Shown in pieces: positions 18,744 to 29,128 of a stretch of DNA of 64,000 bases (its first letter is position 1; the number at the start of each line of letters is the position of its first letter). Source of the stretch: Bacillota bacterium (lineage in GTDB: Bacteria; Bacillota; Clostridia; Peptostreptococcales; Anaerovoracaceae); contig JAFQBD010000014.1 in the NCBI GenBank assembly GCA_017416795.1, positions 8,842-72,841 on the forward strand. Direction: 5' to 3'. A program made the position numbers and the translations under genes. The notes beneath the pieces are model-generated. The model worked only from the letters and a program-made list of their open reading frames with translations, made no database searches and was not told the origin of the DNA.

Positions 18744-19205
18744 ATGAGATGCCCTTATTGCGAAAATGATGACAGCAAAGTTATAGATTCAAGACATACT
18801 GAAGATGGACATGCCATCAGAAGAAGAAGAGAATGTGAAGCTTGCGGAAGAAGATTTACAACATATGAAAAAGTTGAAGAAATGATCCTCATGGTGATCA
18901 AGAAGGACGGCAGTCGTCAGGCATTCGACAGAGTCAAGCTGCTCAACGGTATCATCAGAGCTTGTGAAAAGAGACCTGTTACTGTTGCAGAAATGGAAAA
19001 GATCGTTGACGAGATCGAAAGAGGTCTCAACAACATGATGGAAAAAGAAGTAGAAAGCACATTTATCGGAGAGCTCGTTATGGAACGCCTCAAAGAGCTT
19101 GACGAAGTGGCATACGTGCGCTTTGCATCAGTATACAGACAGTTCACAGATGTCAATACTTTCGTTGCAGAGATAGAAAAGCTGCTGATCACTAAGAAGA
19201 ACTAA
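18744..19205 (+). CDS. nrdR: Transcriptional repressor NrdR
   Basis: MRCPYC...[17 protein letters not shown] zinc ribbon plus ATP cone. Confidence 0.97.
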   Translation: MRCPYCENDDSKVIDSRHTEDGHAIRRRRECEACGRRFTTYEKVEEMILMVIKKDGSRQAFDRVKLLNGIIRACEKRPVTVAEMEKIVDEIERGLNNMMEKEVESTFIGELVMERLKELDEVAYVRFASVYRQFTDVNTFVAEIEKLLITKKN

Positions 19206-19218
19206 CGAGGAAGATAAA

Positions 19219-19869
19219 ATGAAAGAAGTTTTCAGAATTGCGATAGACGGTCCAAGCGGCGCAGGCAAGAGCACTATAGCTAAACTTGTAGCGAAAAAGC
19301 TTGGCATCGATTATATAGATACAGGCGCGATGTATCGTGCTGTGGGATATAAGATGAAAAGAGAAGATGTCCCGTTCGAAGAATGCGATGAGCTGCAGGC
19401 TATGCTTGATGCGACAGACATAGACTTCGTAAGCGGAGATATCATACTTGACGGACAGATCGTAAATACTCTCATCAGAACATCTGAAGTTTCACAGATG
19501 GCGTCAAAATGTTCGGCACTGCCAATGGTAAGAGAAAAGCTGGTAGAGATCCAGAGAAATATGGGATCGAGAAAAAGCGTTATCATGGATGGAAGAGACA
19601 TCGGAACTAACGTACTGAAAGATGCCGAGTATAAGTTTTTCCTCACTGCATCTGCAGAGGAAAGAGCAGAAAGACGCCACAAAGAACTTATCGAAAAAGG
19701 TGAAGAGATCACGTTTGAAGAAGTGCTTAGAGATATACAGGCAAGAGACCATAACGACATGACAAGAGCACTCAATCCTTTGAGAAAAGCAGATGATGCC
19801 CTTGAAGTAGACAGCACAGGAATGGATATAGACCAGGTAACAGAAGCGATATTGAAGGAGATAAAATAA
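19219..19869 (+). CDS. cmk: Cytidylate kinase
   Basis: IAIDGPSGAGKST, DTGAMYRA, DGRDIGT. Confidence 0.96.
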   Translation: MKEVFRIAIDGPSGAGKSTIAKLVAKKLGIDYIDTGAMYRAVGYKMKREDVPFEECDELQAMLDATDIDFVSGDIILDGQIVNTLIRTSEVSQMASKCSALPMVREKLVEIQRNMGSRKSVIMDGRDIGTNVLKDAEYKFFLTASAEERAERRHKELIEKGEEITFEEVLRDIQARDHNDMTRALNPLRKADDALEVDSTGMDIDQVTEAILKEIK

Positions 19870-21114
19870 ATGGCAACAGTCAGACCATTCAAGGCAATAA
19901 GACCCGATGAAAAATATGCATCTAAGGTAGTATCCCTGCCTTACGATGTGATGAACAGAAAAGAAGCCGCAGAAATGGCTGAGGGCAACCCGTACAGCTT
20001 CCTGCACATCTGCAGATCTGAGATAGACATGCCGCAGCAGGAAGATCCGTATGACAGATCAGTATACGAAAAAGCCAGAGATAACATAGACGCCTTCCTT
20101 AAGGATGGCATTTTCGTCAGCGAAGAAAGACCGGCCCTTTACCTTTACCGTCAGATAATGGACGGCAGGGTACAGACAGGGATCGTCGGCTGTGTCGCTG
20201 TCGATGAATATAAGAACAACACCATAAAAAAGCACGAATTCACCAGAGTCGAAAAAGAGATCGACAGGATAAACCACTTCGATGTATGCGACACTAATAC
20301 TGAACCTGTATTTCTGACATATAGGGATGACAAGAGGATCCGCAGCATCATGGAAGGTTTCGCGTCCGCCAATGATCCGGTATACGATGTAACTGCAGCA
20401 GACGGCGTGCAGCATATACTCTGGGTCATCGAGGATGAGCAGATCATCGACAGTCTTGTATCACTCTTCGATCAGATCCCGGCCATGTACATAGCTGACG
20501 GACATCACAGAAGCGCGTCCGCTTGCAAGGTGGGAGAAAAGAGGCGTGAAGAAAACCCTGACTACAAGGGTGATGAGGAATTCAATTTCTTCATGGCAGC
20601 CATCTTCCCGGATAACGATCTGAAGATATTCGATTACAACAGAGTAGTCAAAGACCTTAACGGCAATACTTGCGAAGAGTTTATCGCAAAGGTGCAGGCT
20701 TCGGGCTTTGCGGTATGCGATATGGGCGAGGATCCGTATTATCCTGAAGGAAAGGGCATTTTCTCGATGTATCTTGAAGGAAGATGGTACAAGCTTACTG
20801 CTTCCGAAGATATCATTCCGGATCATGTGATAGATTCTCTTGATGTATCAGTGCTCCAGAATAATTTGCTGGGACCTATCCTCGGCATCGAAGATCCGAG
20901 AACTGATAAGAGGATCGATTTCGTCGGCGGGATCAGAGGCCTCGAAGAACTTGTAAGAAGAGCTGAAAGCGATATGAAAGTGGCTTTCGCAGTATATCCT
21001 GTAGATGTGGACGACCTGTTGGAAGTGGCAGATAACGATATGGTCATGCCGCCAAAATCCACCTGGTTCGAACCGAAGCTGGGAAGCGGGCTTTTCATGC
21101 ACAGACTCAAATAG
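19870..21114 (+). CDS. DUF1015 family protein
   Basis: PYDV, YIADGHHR, MPPKSTWFEPKL-SGL motifs. Confidence 0.85.
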   Translation: MATVRPFKAIRPDEKYASKVVSLPYDVMNRKEAAEMAEGNPYSFLHICRSEIDMPQQEDPYDRSVYEKARDNIDAFLKDGIFVSEERPALYLYRQIMDGRVQTGIVGCVAVDEYKNNTIKKHEFTRVEKEIDRINHFDVCDTNTEPVFLTYRDDKRIRSIMEGFASANDPVYDVTAADGVQHILWVIEDEQIIDSLVSLFDQIPAMYIADGHHRSASACKVGEKRREENPDYKGDEEFNFFMAAIFPDNDLKIFDYNRVVKDLNGNTCEEFIAKVQASGFAVCDMGEDPYYPEGKGIFSMYLEGRWYKLTASEDIIPDHVIDSLDVSVLQNNLLGPILGIEDPRTDKRIDFVGGIRGLEELVRRAESDMKVAFAVYPVDVDDLLEVADNDMVMPPKSTWFEPKLGSGLFMHRLK

Positions 21115-21195
21115 ATTTCAGATAAAAATTAAAACCATAAGAAAGAATAAGCGCTCCTTTGCATGGGGAAAATACCATGCGAAGGAGTAATTTTT

Positions 21196-22866
21196 ATGAC
21201 AAGAATAAAGGGGATATCAATATTTTTTCTTGCGATTTTTCTTGCACTCACTTTGCGCCTGGCATATATCCAGCTGGTTGGTCACGAGGAGCTTTCTGCT
21301 GCGACGAGAGCCCAGTCACTGATAGCTCTTGAGGGAAGTAATACGAGAGGCATAATATATGACAGGAACGGCGAAGCACTGGTAGCCGATGAGAAACAAT
21401 ATATCTATATCATCAAGGACAGCGATTTTACAGAAGAGGCTGAGGAGCTGCTGCAGCAAGTCGGAGCGGCGATCGTCAGCGATGAAAACTCGGGTTACCG
21501 GGTCTATTCATCGAAAAAATACGAGAAAGCTACGGGAAAAAAGCTGATAAAAAATAATAATGCATATATACTGCAGGCATCCGCAAGATACGGAGAGGAT
21601 CAGATGGCAGCTCACTACATCGGATATGTCAATAAGGGTGATCTTTCGGGAGCATCGGGGCTTGAGCTTATGTACGATGAGCAGCTTTCCGGCCTCAACA
21701 GAAGGGTATATGCGGCAGCAGATGTAAAAGGCAATATCCTTACAGGAAGGGGCCTTATCATAGCTTCGGAAGCGGGCAAAGATTCATATGTGGCTGAAGG
21801 CATAAGGACCACCATCGATAAAGATCTTCAGAAGGCAGTTGAAGATATAATAGGTGAGATGGGAAACGACTGTGCCGTAGTCGTACTTGAATCAAAGACA
21901 GGAGGCGTTGCAGCTATGGCATGCACACCGGGATTTGATCCCGATAATGTGGATGAGCTGATCAATAATGAAACGGTTTCGGCAGATGATATGAACGATG
22001 AAGGTCACGAAGATGCTTTGATCAATAAGGTGACTCAGGGAGAATATCCTCCCGGATCTGTGTTCAAGATAGTGACTGCGGCGGCCGCCCTGGAAGATGG
22101 CGTGGATCTTGATAAGACTTATTACTGCAGCGGCCATGCAGTATTGGACGGATTGACTATAAAATGCGATACGGGAGGTTATGCGGGACACGGTAATATA
22201 GGATTCGAAGACGCGCTGGCAAAATCATGCAACAGCTATTTCATACAGCTTGGCCGCGATATAGGTGCAGATAAGATCATCGCTATGGCTGAAAAAATGG
22301 GGATGGGACAAGAGGTGCTCGACGGTTATCCGCACGAAGCGACGGGCCACCTTATGACAGAGGAAGAAAGAGCCGGTAATGCCATTGGCAACTTGAGCAT
22401 AGGGCAGGGCGAGATACTCGTAACACCGATACAGATCGCAGCCATGACTAACATATTGGCTAATGACGGGGTGGATATAGGGACCCATATACTGATGGGA
22501 GAAAAACAGGAACAAGAACAAGTGATATCTGCAGATACTGCCGACTCTATAAGGCGTATGATGGAAAGTGCATCGGTCTATGGGACGGGAGCGGCACTGG
22601 GTCTGGTGGAAGGCGGCAGTACTTCAGAGCACGGAAGCAAGGCTATCGCCGCATTAAAAACAGGAACGGCAGAATATGCAGCGACAGACGGAATGCGTTC
22701 ACATGGCTGGATAACGGCCATCACTCCTTGTGACGAACCTGAATATACCATAACAGTTTTCGTGGAGGACGGCGGTTCAGGTTCTCTGTCAGCAGGCTCG
22801 GTATTGAAAAAAATAATAGAGTATCTGCAAGACTCGGGAAGCTACAGCATGCCGACATTTGCATAG
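21196..22866 (+). CDS. Class B penicillin-binding transpeptidase (SpoVD/FtsI-like)
   Basis: N-terminal TM, RG.IYDRNG, SxxK (GSVFK), SxN (SCN), KTGT. SD precedes ATG 21196. Confidence 0.88.
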   Translation: MTRIKGISIFFLAIFLALTLRLAYIQLVGHEELSAATRAQSLIALEGSNTRGIIYDRNGEALVADEKQYIYIIKDSDFTEEAEELLQQVGAAIVSDENSGYRVYSSKKYEKATGKKLIKNNNAYILQASARYGEDQMAAHYIGYVNKGDLSGASGLELMYDEQLSGLNRRVYAAADVKGNILTGRGLIIASEAGKDSYVAEGIRTTIDKDLQKAVEDIIGEMGNDCAVVVLESKTGGVAAMACTPGFDPDNVDELINNETVSADDMNDEGHEDALINKVTQGEYPPGSVFKIVTAAAALEDGVDLDKTYYCSGHAVLDGLTIKCDTGGYAGHGNIGFEDALAKSCNSYFIQLGRDIGADKIIAMAEKMGMGQEVLDGYPHEATGHLMTEEERAGNAIGNLSIGQGEILVTPIQIAAMTNILANDGVDIGTHILMGEKQEQEQVISADTADSIRRMMESASVYGTGAALGLVEGGSTSEHGSKAIAALKTGTAEYAATDGMRSHGWITAITPCDEPEYTITVFVEDGGSGSLSAGSVLKKIIEYLQDSGSYSMPTFA

Positions 22867-22921
22867 CTGTGCTTTGCATAGATCTATGACAAAAATGAAA
22901 ATGACTCTGCATCATGCAGAG

Positions 22922-23560
22922 TCATGCATTCAGGGCGCCTTTTAAGCAGGCTAAGGCCTTCTTTTCGATCCTTGATACATAGGATCTGCTGATCCCCAGC
23001 ATAGCAGCGACTTCACGCTGAGTATGGGGAAGTACGCCAAAGAGACCGTATCGATATATGAGCACATATTTTTCGCGTTCCGTCAGCACTTTGCCTATGG
23101 ATTCCAGCATCACGCCTATCTTGATCTTCGTATCAAGATCATCGATTATGGCATCCGGTTCTGTGCCGAGGATATCGTTCAGGCTGATCTCATTGCCCTC
23201 TTTGTCCGTGCCGATGGGAACGTTTATCGAAACTTCAGCAGTATATTTCTTAGATGCTCGTATAGTCATCAGTATCTCGTTTTCTATACATCTGGCTGCG
23301 TACGTTGCCAGACGAGTTGCCTTGCCGCTGTTATAAGTATTGATGGCTTTGATCAGGCCTATAGTTCCGATGGAAATAAAATCGTCCATCGTGTGGAATT
23401 GAGATGTGTATTTCTTAGCGACATGGGCTACCAGCCTGAGATTTCGTTCTATAAGTATTTTTTTGGCTTCTTCCTTTGCATCATCATCACCATTCTCATA
23501 TATGTCGATATAGTATCTTTCTTCCTCTTCGGTAAGTGGCTTAGGAAAAGAAACGCTCAT
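22922..23560 (-). CDS. sigK: Sporulation sigma factor sigmaK, uninterrupted and lacking a pro-sequence
   Basis: [63 protein letters not shown]. Confidence 0.9.
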   Translation of the reverse strand: MSVSFPKPLTEEEERYYIDIYENGDDDAKEEAKKILIERNLRLVAHVAKKYTSQFHTMDDFISIGTIGLIKAINTYNSGKATRLATYAARCIENEILMTIRASKKYTAEVSINVPIGTDKEGNEISLNDILGTEPDAIIDDLDTKIKIGVMLESIGKVLTEREKYVLIYRYGLFGVLPHTQREVAAMLGISRSYVSRIEKKALACLKGALNA

Positions 23561-23642
23561 TATGTATCCCCCTCTAGATTTTTCACTATATGCGAAAAAC
23601 AGAGGGGAAGTGCCTGACCTGTCGAAAAGAGCCTGATTCTAT

Positions 23643-23801
23643 TTATCTTCTTTCGAATGACAGGCAGTCTGTACACTTATCAGACTTAGGGTTGCTTTCG
23701 TGTGCACCTACAGTGATGCAGTCCAGAGAGCAGTAATCTGCTGTGTTAGCATGATGCTGACAGCTTTCTACTGTGCATTTGATGCTTTTGTTGATATCCA
23801 T
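23643..23801 (-). CDS. DUF1540-type small Cys-rich protein
   Basis: IKCTVESCQHH...YCSLDCITVG...TDCLSF. GGAGG precedes ATG 23801. Confidence 0.8.
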   Translation of the reverse strand: MDINKSIKCTVESCQHHANTADYCSLDCITVGAHESNPKSDKCTDCLSFERR

Positions 23802-23979
23802 TTCATTACCTCCATTGATGTTTTCATCGATTATTTTTCCCTGACTTAGAAAAAATATTAGTGATACGAAAAATAAAAACACATCACAGCTATTGGAATA
23901 AAAGTAAAAAAATGGTAAAATATAAGTGCTGTGAAGTCTTCACAGATATAGGCTGACAATGTCATAAAAAGAGAAGGGA

Positions 23980-24672
23980 ATGGGAAAAATGAATATCAGA
24001 AAACTACCTGAAGGCGAAAAGCCAAGAGAAAAACTGCTGAAGGAAGGCAAAGAAAAGCTGTCGAATATCGAGATCTTGGCGATCCTGATAGGAAGCGGCA
24101 GTGGAGGCAGATCTGCCATGGAACTTGCAGCTGACATCATCTCCATGGACAGCAGCGGCATAAGATATCTTGCTGAATGCAAGCCTGAAGAACTTAGTTG
24201 TATCAAAGGGATCGGCAACGCTAAGGCGTGCGAGATCCTTGCGGCAGTCGAGCTTGGAAAACGCTTAGCCTCTATGATCCCGGATGAGAAGCCTGTGATA
24301 AAAAGCTCTTCAGCCATAGCAGACATCTTCATGGAAAGGATGCGTTATTACAAAAAAGAATACTTCATCAGCCTCATGATAAATGCCAAAGGGCAGATCA
24401 TAGAAGAAGCCGAGATATCGATAGGCGACCTTTGCTCCAGTACTACACATCCGAGAGAAGTCTTCGTGGATGCCGTAAGAAGGAGTGCAGGCTCCGTCAT
24501 CTTCGTACATAACCATCCCAGCGGCGATCCCATGCCCAGCGAAATGGATATCGCCACTACCAAGAGACTTATGGAAGCAGGCAGCATATTAGGCATACCT
24601 GTGCTGGATCACATTATCATTGGCGACGGGAAATATGTGAGCCTCAGGGCAATGGGGATAATGGAGGAATAA
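23980..24672 (+). CDS. radC: RadC family JAB-domain protein
   Basis: PREKL, HPREVF, HNHPSGDP.PS..D, VLDHIIIG. Confidence 0.95.
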   Translation: MGKMNIRKLPEGEKPREKLLKEGKEKLSNIEILAILIGSGSGGRSAMELAADIISMDSSGIRYLAECKPEELSCIKGIGNAKACEILAAVELGKRLASMIPDEKPVIKSSSAIADIFMERMRYYKKEYFISLMINAKGQIIEEAEISIGDLCSSTTHPREVFVDAVRRSAGSVIFVHNHPSGDPMPSEMDIATTKRLMEAGSILGIPVLDHIIIGDGKYVSLRAMGIMEE

Positions 24673-24675
24673 CTC

Positions 24676-27045
24676 ATGTCAAAACATAAACTGATACTCT
24701 GCTTTATGGCTGTCTTATGTGCTGTACTTTTAGTAAGGCTTGCACATATCACCCTTATCGGCCATGATAAATGGAACTCTTATGCAGAGGACATGAATAC
24801 GAGAGCAGTTTATGAGACAGGACCAAGAGGAGATATCATGGATAGAAACGGCAAGATCATCGCATCTTCAAGGCCCGTTTATTCAGTCAATATAAGCAGG
24901 GCAGATATGGGAAGTAGCGGATTGGTAAGAGAAGAAGCTATGAGTTCTGCGTCAGATGTGATGGACTTCCTGAAGGCACGAAACGAAGATATATCTGTAT
25001 CTATGGAAGAAGTGAACAGCAGTCTTTCGGAAAAAAGCTATACGTCATATTTGCCGGTAGTGATAGCAGAAGATATAGAACCATCGACAGCTAAGGCGAT
25101 ACAGGATATGGAACTTCCGGGCATAAGAGTCTCTGTAAATTATGTCAGGGATTATCCTTACGGAGATACTGCCGCCCATATAATAGGATATCTCGGCAGG
25201 ATATCTGAAGAGGAAAAGGCAGAGTTCGTGGATGAAAAAGGTTACCGCCTAGAATCCCTCATAGGGAAGAGCGGCATAGAAAAGCTGTTTGAAGATAAAC
25301 TCCGCGGAACTGATGCTGTGAGCAGGCTTCAGGTCGATTCCGGCGGAAATGTCACTGAGCAGATAGACAGACAGGATACGAAAAAAGGAAATCTGGTGAA
25401 GCTGACTATCGATATGGAACTTCAGCAGACAGCAGAAAAAGCGCTTGAAGATGCCATAGAGTCAGCAGCTGCAGGCGGGACATTCACGGGAAATCATGGT
25501 GATGTCAGGATGGCTTATGCGCCGAAAACAGAGTCAGGTGCAGCTGTTGTACTGGATGTGGATACGGGAGAAGTTCTCGCCATGGCAAGCTTTCCCGATT
25601 ACGATCCAAATGATTTCGCAGAAGGGATATCATCGGATAAATGGGCAAGCCTTCAGGCGAAGAACCCTAATGATCCGTTATCTCCGTCAGCCATGTATAA
25701 TATAGCGACCATGAGTGCAGTCCAGCCCGGATCCACATTCAAACCGGTAACTGCACTTGCTGCATTGAGCTGCGGTCTTGATGAGGACGCGGCTCTTTAT
25801 GATGCAGGTCATATAGACATGGGAGGAAGGAGTTTCGGATGTCATCTGTGGAATTCGACAGGCGGCACTCACGGTTATACAGATCTTGATGATGCCATGA
25901 AAGTTTCCTGCAACTATTATTTTTATGATATCGCAGCAGGGATGGACTTTGCATCGGGAACATCCCTAGGCTATGAGAAAACGATGACGAACGAGACTAT
26001 ACTGACCTTTGCACGAAAGCTGGGACTTGGAGAGAAAACAGGTATAGAGATCGGAGAAAGCAGCGGGACGCTGCCGTCTGAAGCTTTGAAGCGGCAGGCT
26101 GCTAAGGCTTCATTAAAAAACTTCTTGATCGAAGAATGTGAGACTTACTTTAAAAAAGAAACCTTAAAAGACAGTGAAACTTTCGATAGAAATGTTGAAA
26201 AAATCCTAAATCTGACAGATAAGGACTTGACTTTGAATCAATTAATAGGCAAACTAAAACTGGAGGATTTTATCCTTGAAGGTAAAGCCCCTCAGCTTGC
26301 AGAAATGTGTAAATATACTTGCTCGGGCCAAAGTGAATGGTCGGCAGGTGATACTTTTAACATTGCCATCGGTCAGGGAGATAATTCGTATACTCCTTTG
26401 CAGATGGCATCATATATGGCTGCGCTCGGCAGAGGCGGTGTGCGAAAAAACGTATCGCTTGTTTACGATGGACAAGCAGCGGAGGAAAATAGCGAAGACG
26501 GGCAAGCGACAGCCGCTGGGTCCGGAATCGACAAAGGCGATATCAGGACTGTCATCGATGCCATGACTTGCGTGACATCCGATCCGGGAGGTTCGCTATA
26601 CGGCTTGTTCGGATCGTTCCCATACAGCGTCGCAGCTAAGACGGGCACTGCACAGAGGGCAGGCAAGATAGCGACTGATGATGAGAAAGATTACATCAGA
26701 AGACATCTTCATCTTATCGCACCGGATGTGAGCTTCGATGAGGCTGAACGAGAAGCCTCGAGGCTCATGAGAGAATACCCCGGCATATATGATTCTGAAA
26801 CTTATGCGCTCAGAAGGGCAGTCATCGATTTAAGCAGCAGCAAAATAGCAGAAGAAGACATCGACAGATATAAAGAAAGTTACGATAATTTCGCCTGGAC
26901 GGTGGCATTGGCACCGGCAGACGATCCTGAGATAGCGGTGGCAGTATTATTGGTACAAGGTAAGACATCAACTAATGCGGCTCCGGTAGTCAGGGAAATA
27001 ATAGGAAAGTACGGAGAAATTTCACAATGGGAAAAGTTATTTTAG
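24676..27045 (+). CDS. mrdA: Penicillin-binding protein 2 (MrdA-like)
   Basis: RGDIMDRNG, R.YPYG..AAHIIGY, GSTFK, SCN, KTGTAQ. Confidence 0.85.
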   Translation: MSKHKLILCFMAVLCAVLLVRLAHITLIGHDKWNSYAEDMNTRAVYETGPRGDIMDRNGKIIASSRPVYSVNISRADMGSSGLVREEAMSSASDVMDFLKARNEDISVSMEEVNSSLSEKSYTSYLPVVIAEDIEPSTAKAIQDMELPGIRVSVNYVRDYPYGDTAAHIIGYLGRISEEEKAEFVDEKGYRLESLIGKSGIEKLFEDKLRGTDAVSRLQVDSGGNVTEQIDRQDTKKGNLVKLTIDMELQQTAEKALEDAIESAAAGGTFTGNHGDVRMAYAPKTESGAAVVLDVDTGEVLAMASFPDYDPNDFAEGISSDKWASLQAKNPNDPLSPSAMYNIATMSAVQPGSTFKPVTALAALSCGLDEDAALYDAGHIDMGGRSFGCHLWNSTGGTHGYTDLDDAMKVSCNYYFYDIAAGMDFASGTSLGYEKTMTNETILTFARKLGLGEKTGIEIGESSGTLPSEALKRQAAKASLKNFLIEECETYFKKETLKDSETFDRNVEKILNLTDKDLTLNQLIGKLKLEDFILEGKAPQLAEMCKYTCSGQSEWSAGDTFNIAIGQGDNSYTPLQMASYMAALGRGGVRKNVSLVYDGQAAEENSEDGQATAAGSGIDKGDIRTVIDAMTCVTSDPGGSLYGLFGSFPYSVAAKTGTAQRAGKIATDDEKDYIRRHLHLIAPDVSFDEAEREASRLMREYPGIYDSETYALRRAVIDLSSSKIAEEDIDRYKESYDNFAWTVALAPADDPEIAVAVLLVQGKTSTNAAPVVREIIGKYGEISQWEKLF

Positions 27046-27746
27046 TTTCATCAGGAAAGGGCGGCACAGGCAAGACCATGTTTTCCGTCAATCTGGGAGC
27101 GATCCTGGCACAGCAGGGGAACAGAGTCATGCTGCTTGATATGGACATGGGTCTCAGAAACATGGACATCTATTTGGGTATGGAGAATAAGGTCATCTAT
27201 AACATAATGGATGTCATTTCAGGTGTATGTCGTATCAAAAAAGCCATGATGCGTGTAGACGGTTTTCAGGACCTTTATTTCATGGCTGCATCTCCCAGAA
27301 GAGACGATCGTGATATGACGCCTCTCCATATGGAAGTTCTCTGCAATAAACTGAGAAAATACTTCGACTATATCATAATCGACTGTCCGGCAGGCATAGG
27401 CGATCTCTTCGATGTGTCCATGGCTGCAGCGGACAAGACTGTAATAGTCACAGAGCCTGAAGTGGCTTCACTGAGAGACGCTGACACTACGGAAAGATAC
27501 CTGAGAGAAAAGGGTATGGACAATATGTGTGTAGTAGTTAACAAGGTGAAGGTGGAATTGATGCAGGCGGGACTGGTGCCCGGCATGTCTGAGATAATGA
27601 ATATGTTCAAGAGCCCTGTTGCGGGACTCATCCAGTACGATGAGAACATCCATATCTCAACTAATAAGGGCATTCCGATCGTGTGCAAGAGCGGTACATA
27701 CATAGAGAGAAACTTCCTGGATATAGCAAACAGGATCGTGCAGTAG
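27027..27746 (+). CDS. minD: MinD ATPase, C-terminally short
   Basis: Deviant Walker A SGKGGTGKT, DMDMGLRNMD, IIDCPAGIG; ends at 239 aa. Confidence 0.88.
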   Translation: MGKVILVSSGKGGTGKTMFSVNLGAILAQQGNRVMLLDMDMGLRNMDIYLGMENKVIYNIMDVISGVCRIKKAMMRVDGFQDLYFMAASPRRDDRDMTPLHMEVLCNKLRKYFDYIIIDCPAGIGDLFDVSMAAADKTVIVTEPEVASLRDADTTERYLREKGMDNMCVVVNKVKVELMQAGLVPGMSEIMNMFKSPVAGLIQYDENIHISTNKGIPIVCKSGTYIERNFLDIANRIVQ

Positions 27747-27800
27747 AAAGAGCCGGCTGATAAGCCGGCCTTTTTTATGCAAAAGGCAGATCAGGGGAGA

Positions 27801-28967
27801 TCACAGCTTCTGCCTGCAGCTGACGCTGAGCAGAAGCCCCACACCTATCCAGGATGCCAGCATCGATGAGCCGCCGTAGCTGAGGAAAGGTAGCGTTATT
27901 CCGGTAACGGGCATCAGCCCCATAGTCATGGCGATGTTTTCGAATGACTGAAAAAAGAACATACCTGTCATACCTGCAGCAACGAGTGCACCTTGGATAT
28001 CTTTGGCATAGCGGGCAGCTTTAAGTGATCGGTATATGATAAGTGCGAACATGGCAATGATATATATGCCACCGACAAATCCCAGCATTTCAACGGCTGC
28101 AGCAAATATGAAATCTGATTCCGGCACCGGCAGAAAACCTAGAGTGCTCTGGGTACCGCCTGTAAGCCCTTTGCCGAAAAGCCCGCCGGAACCTATTGTG
28201 ACCTTGGAATTCCAAACTTGATAATTGCCGGGAAGATCCAGATCATTAGGTTCCAGAAATGCGTCTATACGGTCTTTTTGATATCCTGCCAGGAAGAAAT
28301 AGAACATAGGCAGGAGGATGATTATTACCATGGCAAGACGGACTATGATCCTAAGCTGAAGGCCTGAACAGAACACCATGAATATCCAGATGGCACAGAA
28401 TACACATCCGCTGCCGAAGTCTTCCTTGGCGACCAGCAAAATAAAAGGAAGCCCGTACAGGGCTGCCTTCAGGATGTCCCAAGACTCGGGGAAGCCGCCT
28501 GCCGAGCTTTGGGAGCATGATATGCCGTGTATAGACCTGGATAAGTACGAAGACATCAAGATAATGAACGTTATTTTGACCGCTTCGGAAGGCTGGAATG
28601 TGATGAATCCCAGAGATATCCATGATCTTGAGCCGTTGACTGAAGTGCCGAGTCCGGGGATATATACGAGAAGCAGAAGAAATAAACTTAAAATATATAT
28701 GATTTTTTCCAGATCGATAAAATATCTGTAGCCCAGCATCAGTATCGCAGCAGCTGCTGTGAGACCGATGACGAGGGCTGCAGATTGTATCATAACTTCC
28801 CTGGAAAGGAAGGTCATAAAGCCGGTGCCAAGGGAGCTGTCACTTTCACGGGTGATGGCGTACAGACATACTATTCCCGTTAAAGAAAGTGCCAGGGAGG
28901 GAATGAGAATCAGATGATCGCATCGTGCTGCTAAATGTGAAAATTTGTTCATCTGCGGACCCTCCAT
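27801..28967 (-). CDS. rodA: RodA/FtsW/SpoVE SEDS glycosyltransferase
   Basis: GSRSWI, FQPSE..K, YQ...S...IGSGG..GKG, PESDFIF, TGITLPFLSYGGSS. Confidence 0.88.
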   Translation of the reverse strand: MEGPQMNKFSHLAARCDHLILIPSLALSLTGIVCLYAITRESDSSLGTGFMTFLSREVMIQSAALVIGLTAAAAILMLGYRYFIDLEKIIYILSLFLLLLVYIPGLGTSVNGSRSWISLGFITFQPSEAVKITFIILMSSYLSRSIHGISCSQSSAGGFPESWDILKAALYGLPFILLVAKEDFGSGCVFCAIWIFMVFCSGLQLRIIVRLAMVIIILLPMFYFFLAGYQKDRIDAFLEPNDLDLPGNYQVWNSKVTIGSGGLFGKGLTGGTQSTLGFLPVPESDFIFAAAVEMLGFVGGIYIIAMFALIIYRSLKAARYAKDIQGALVAAGMTGMFFFQSFENIAMTMGLMPVTGITLPFLSYGGSSMLASWIGVGLLLSVSCRQKL

Positions 28968-29128
28968 TTCCTTGACTAGACAACCAAAAAAGTCTATAAT
29001 ACCATTGTGTGCTTTTAATTAAAATTTATTACCTTACGGTGATGTTTTGATATTTTACAAGTAACTTTGAATTTGACTATAGAATTGCAAATTGAAAACT
29101 GAAAATCTAAAGAAAAGGAGGCGAGTGT

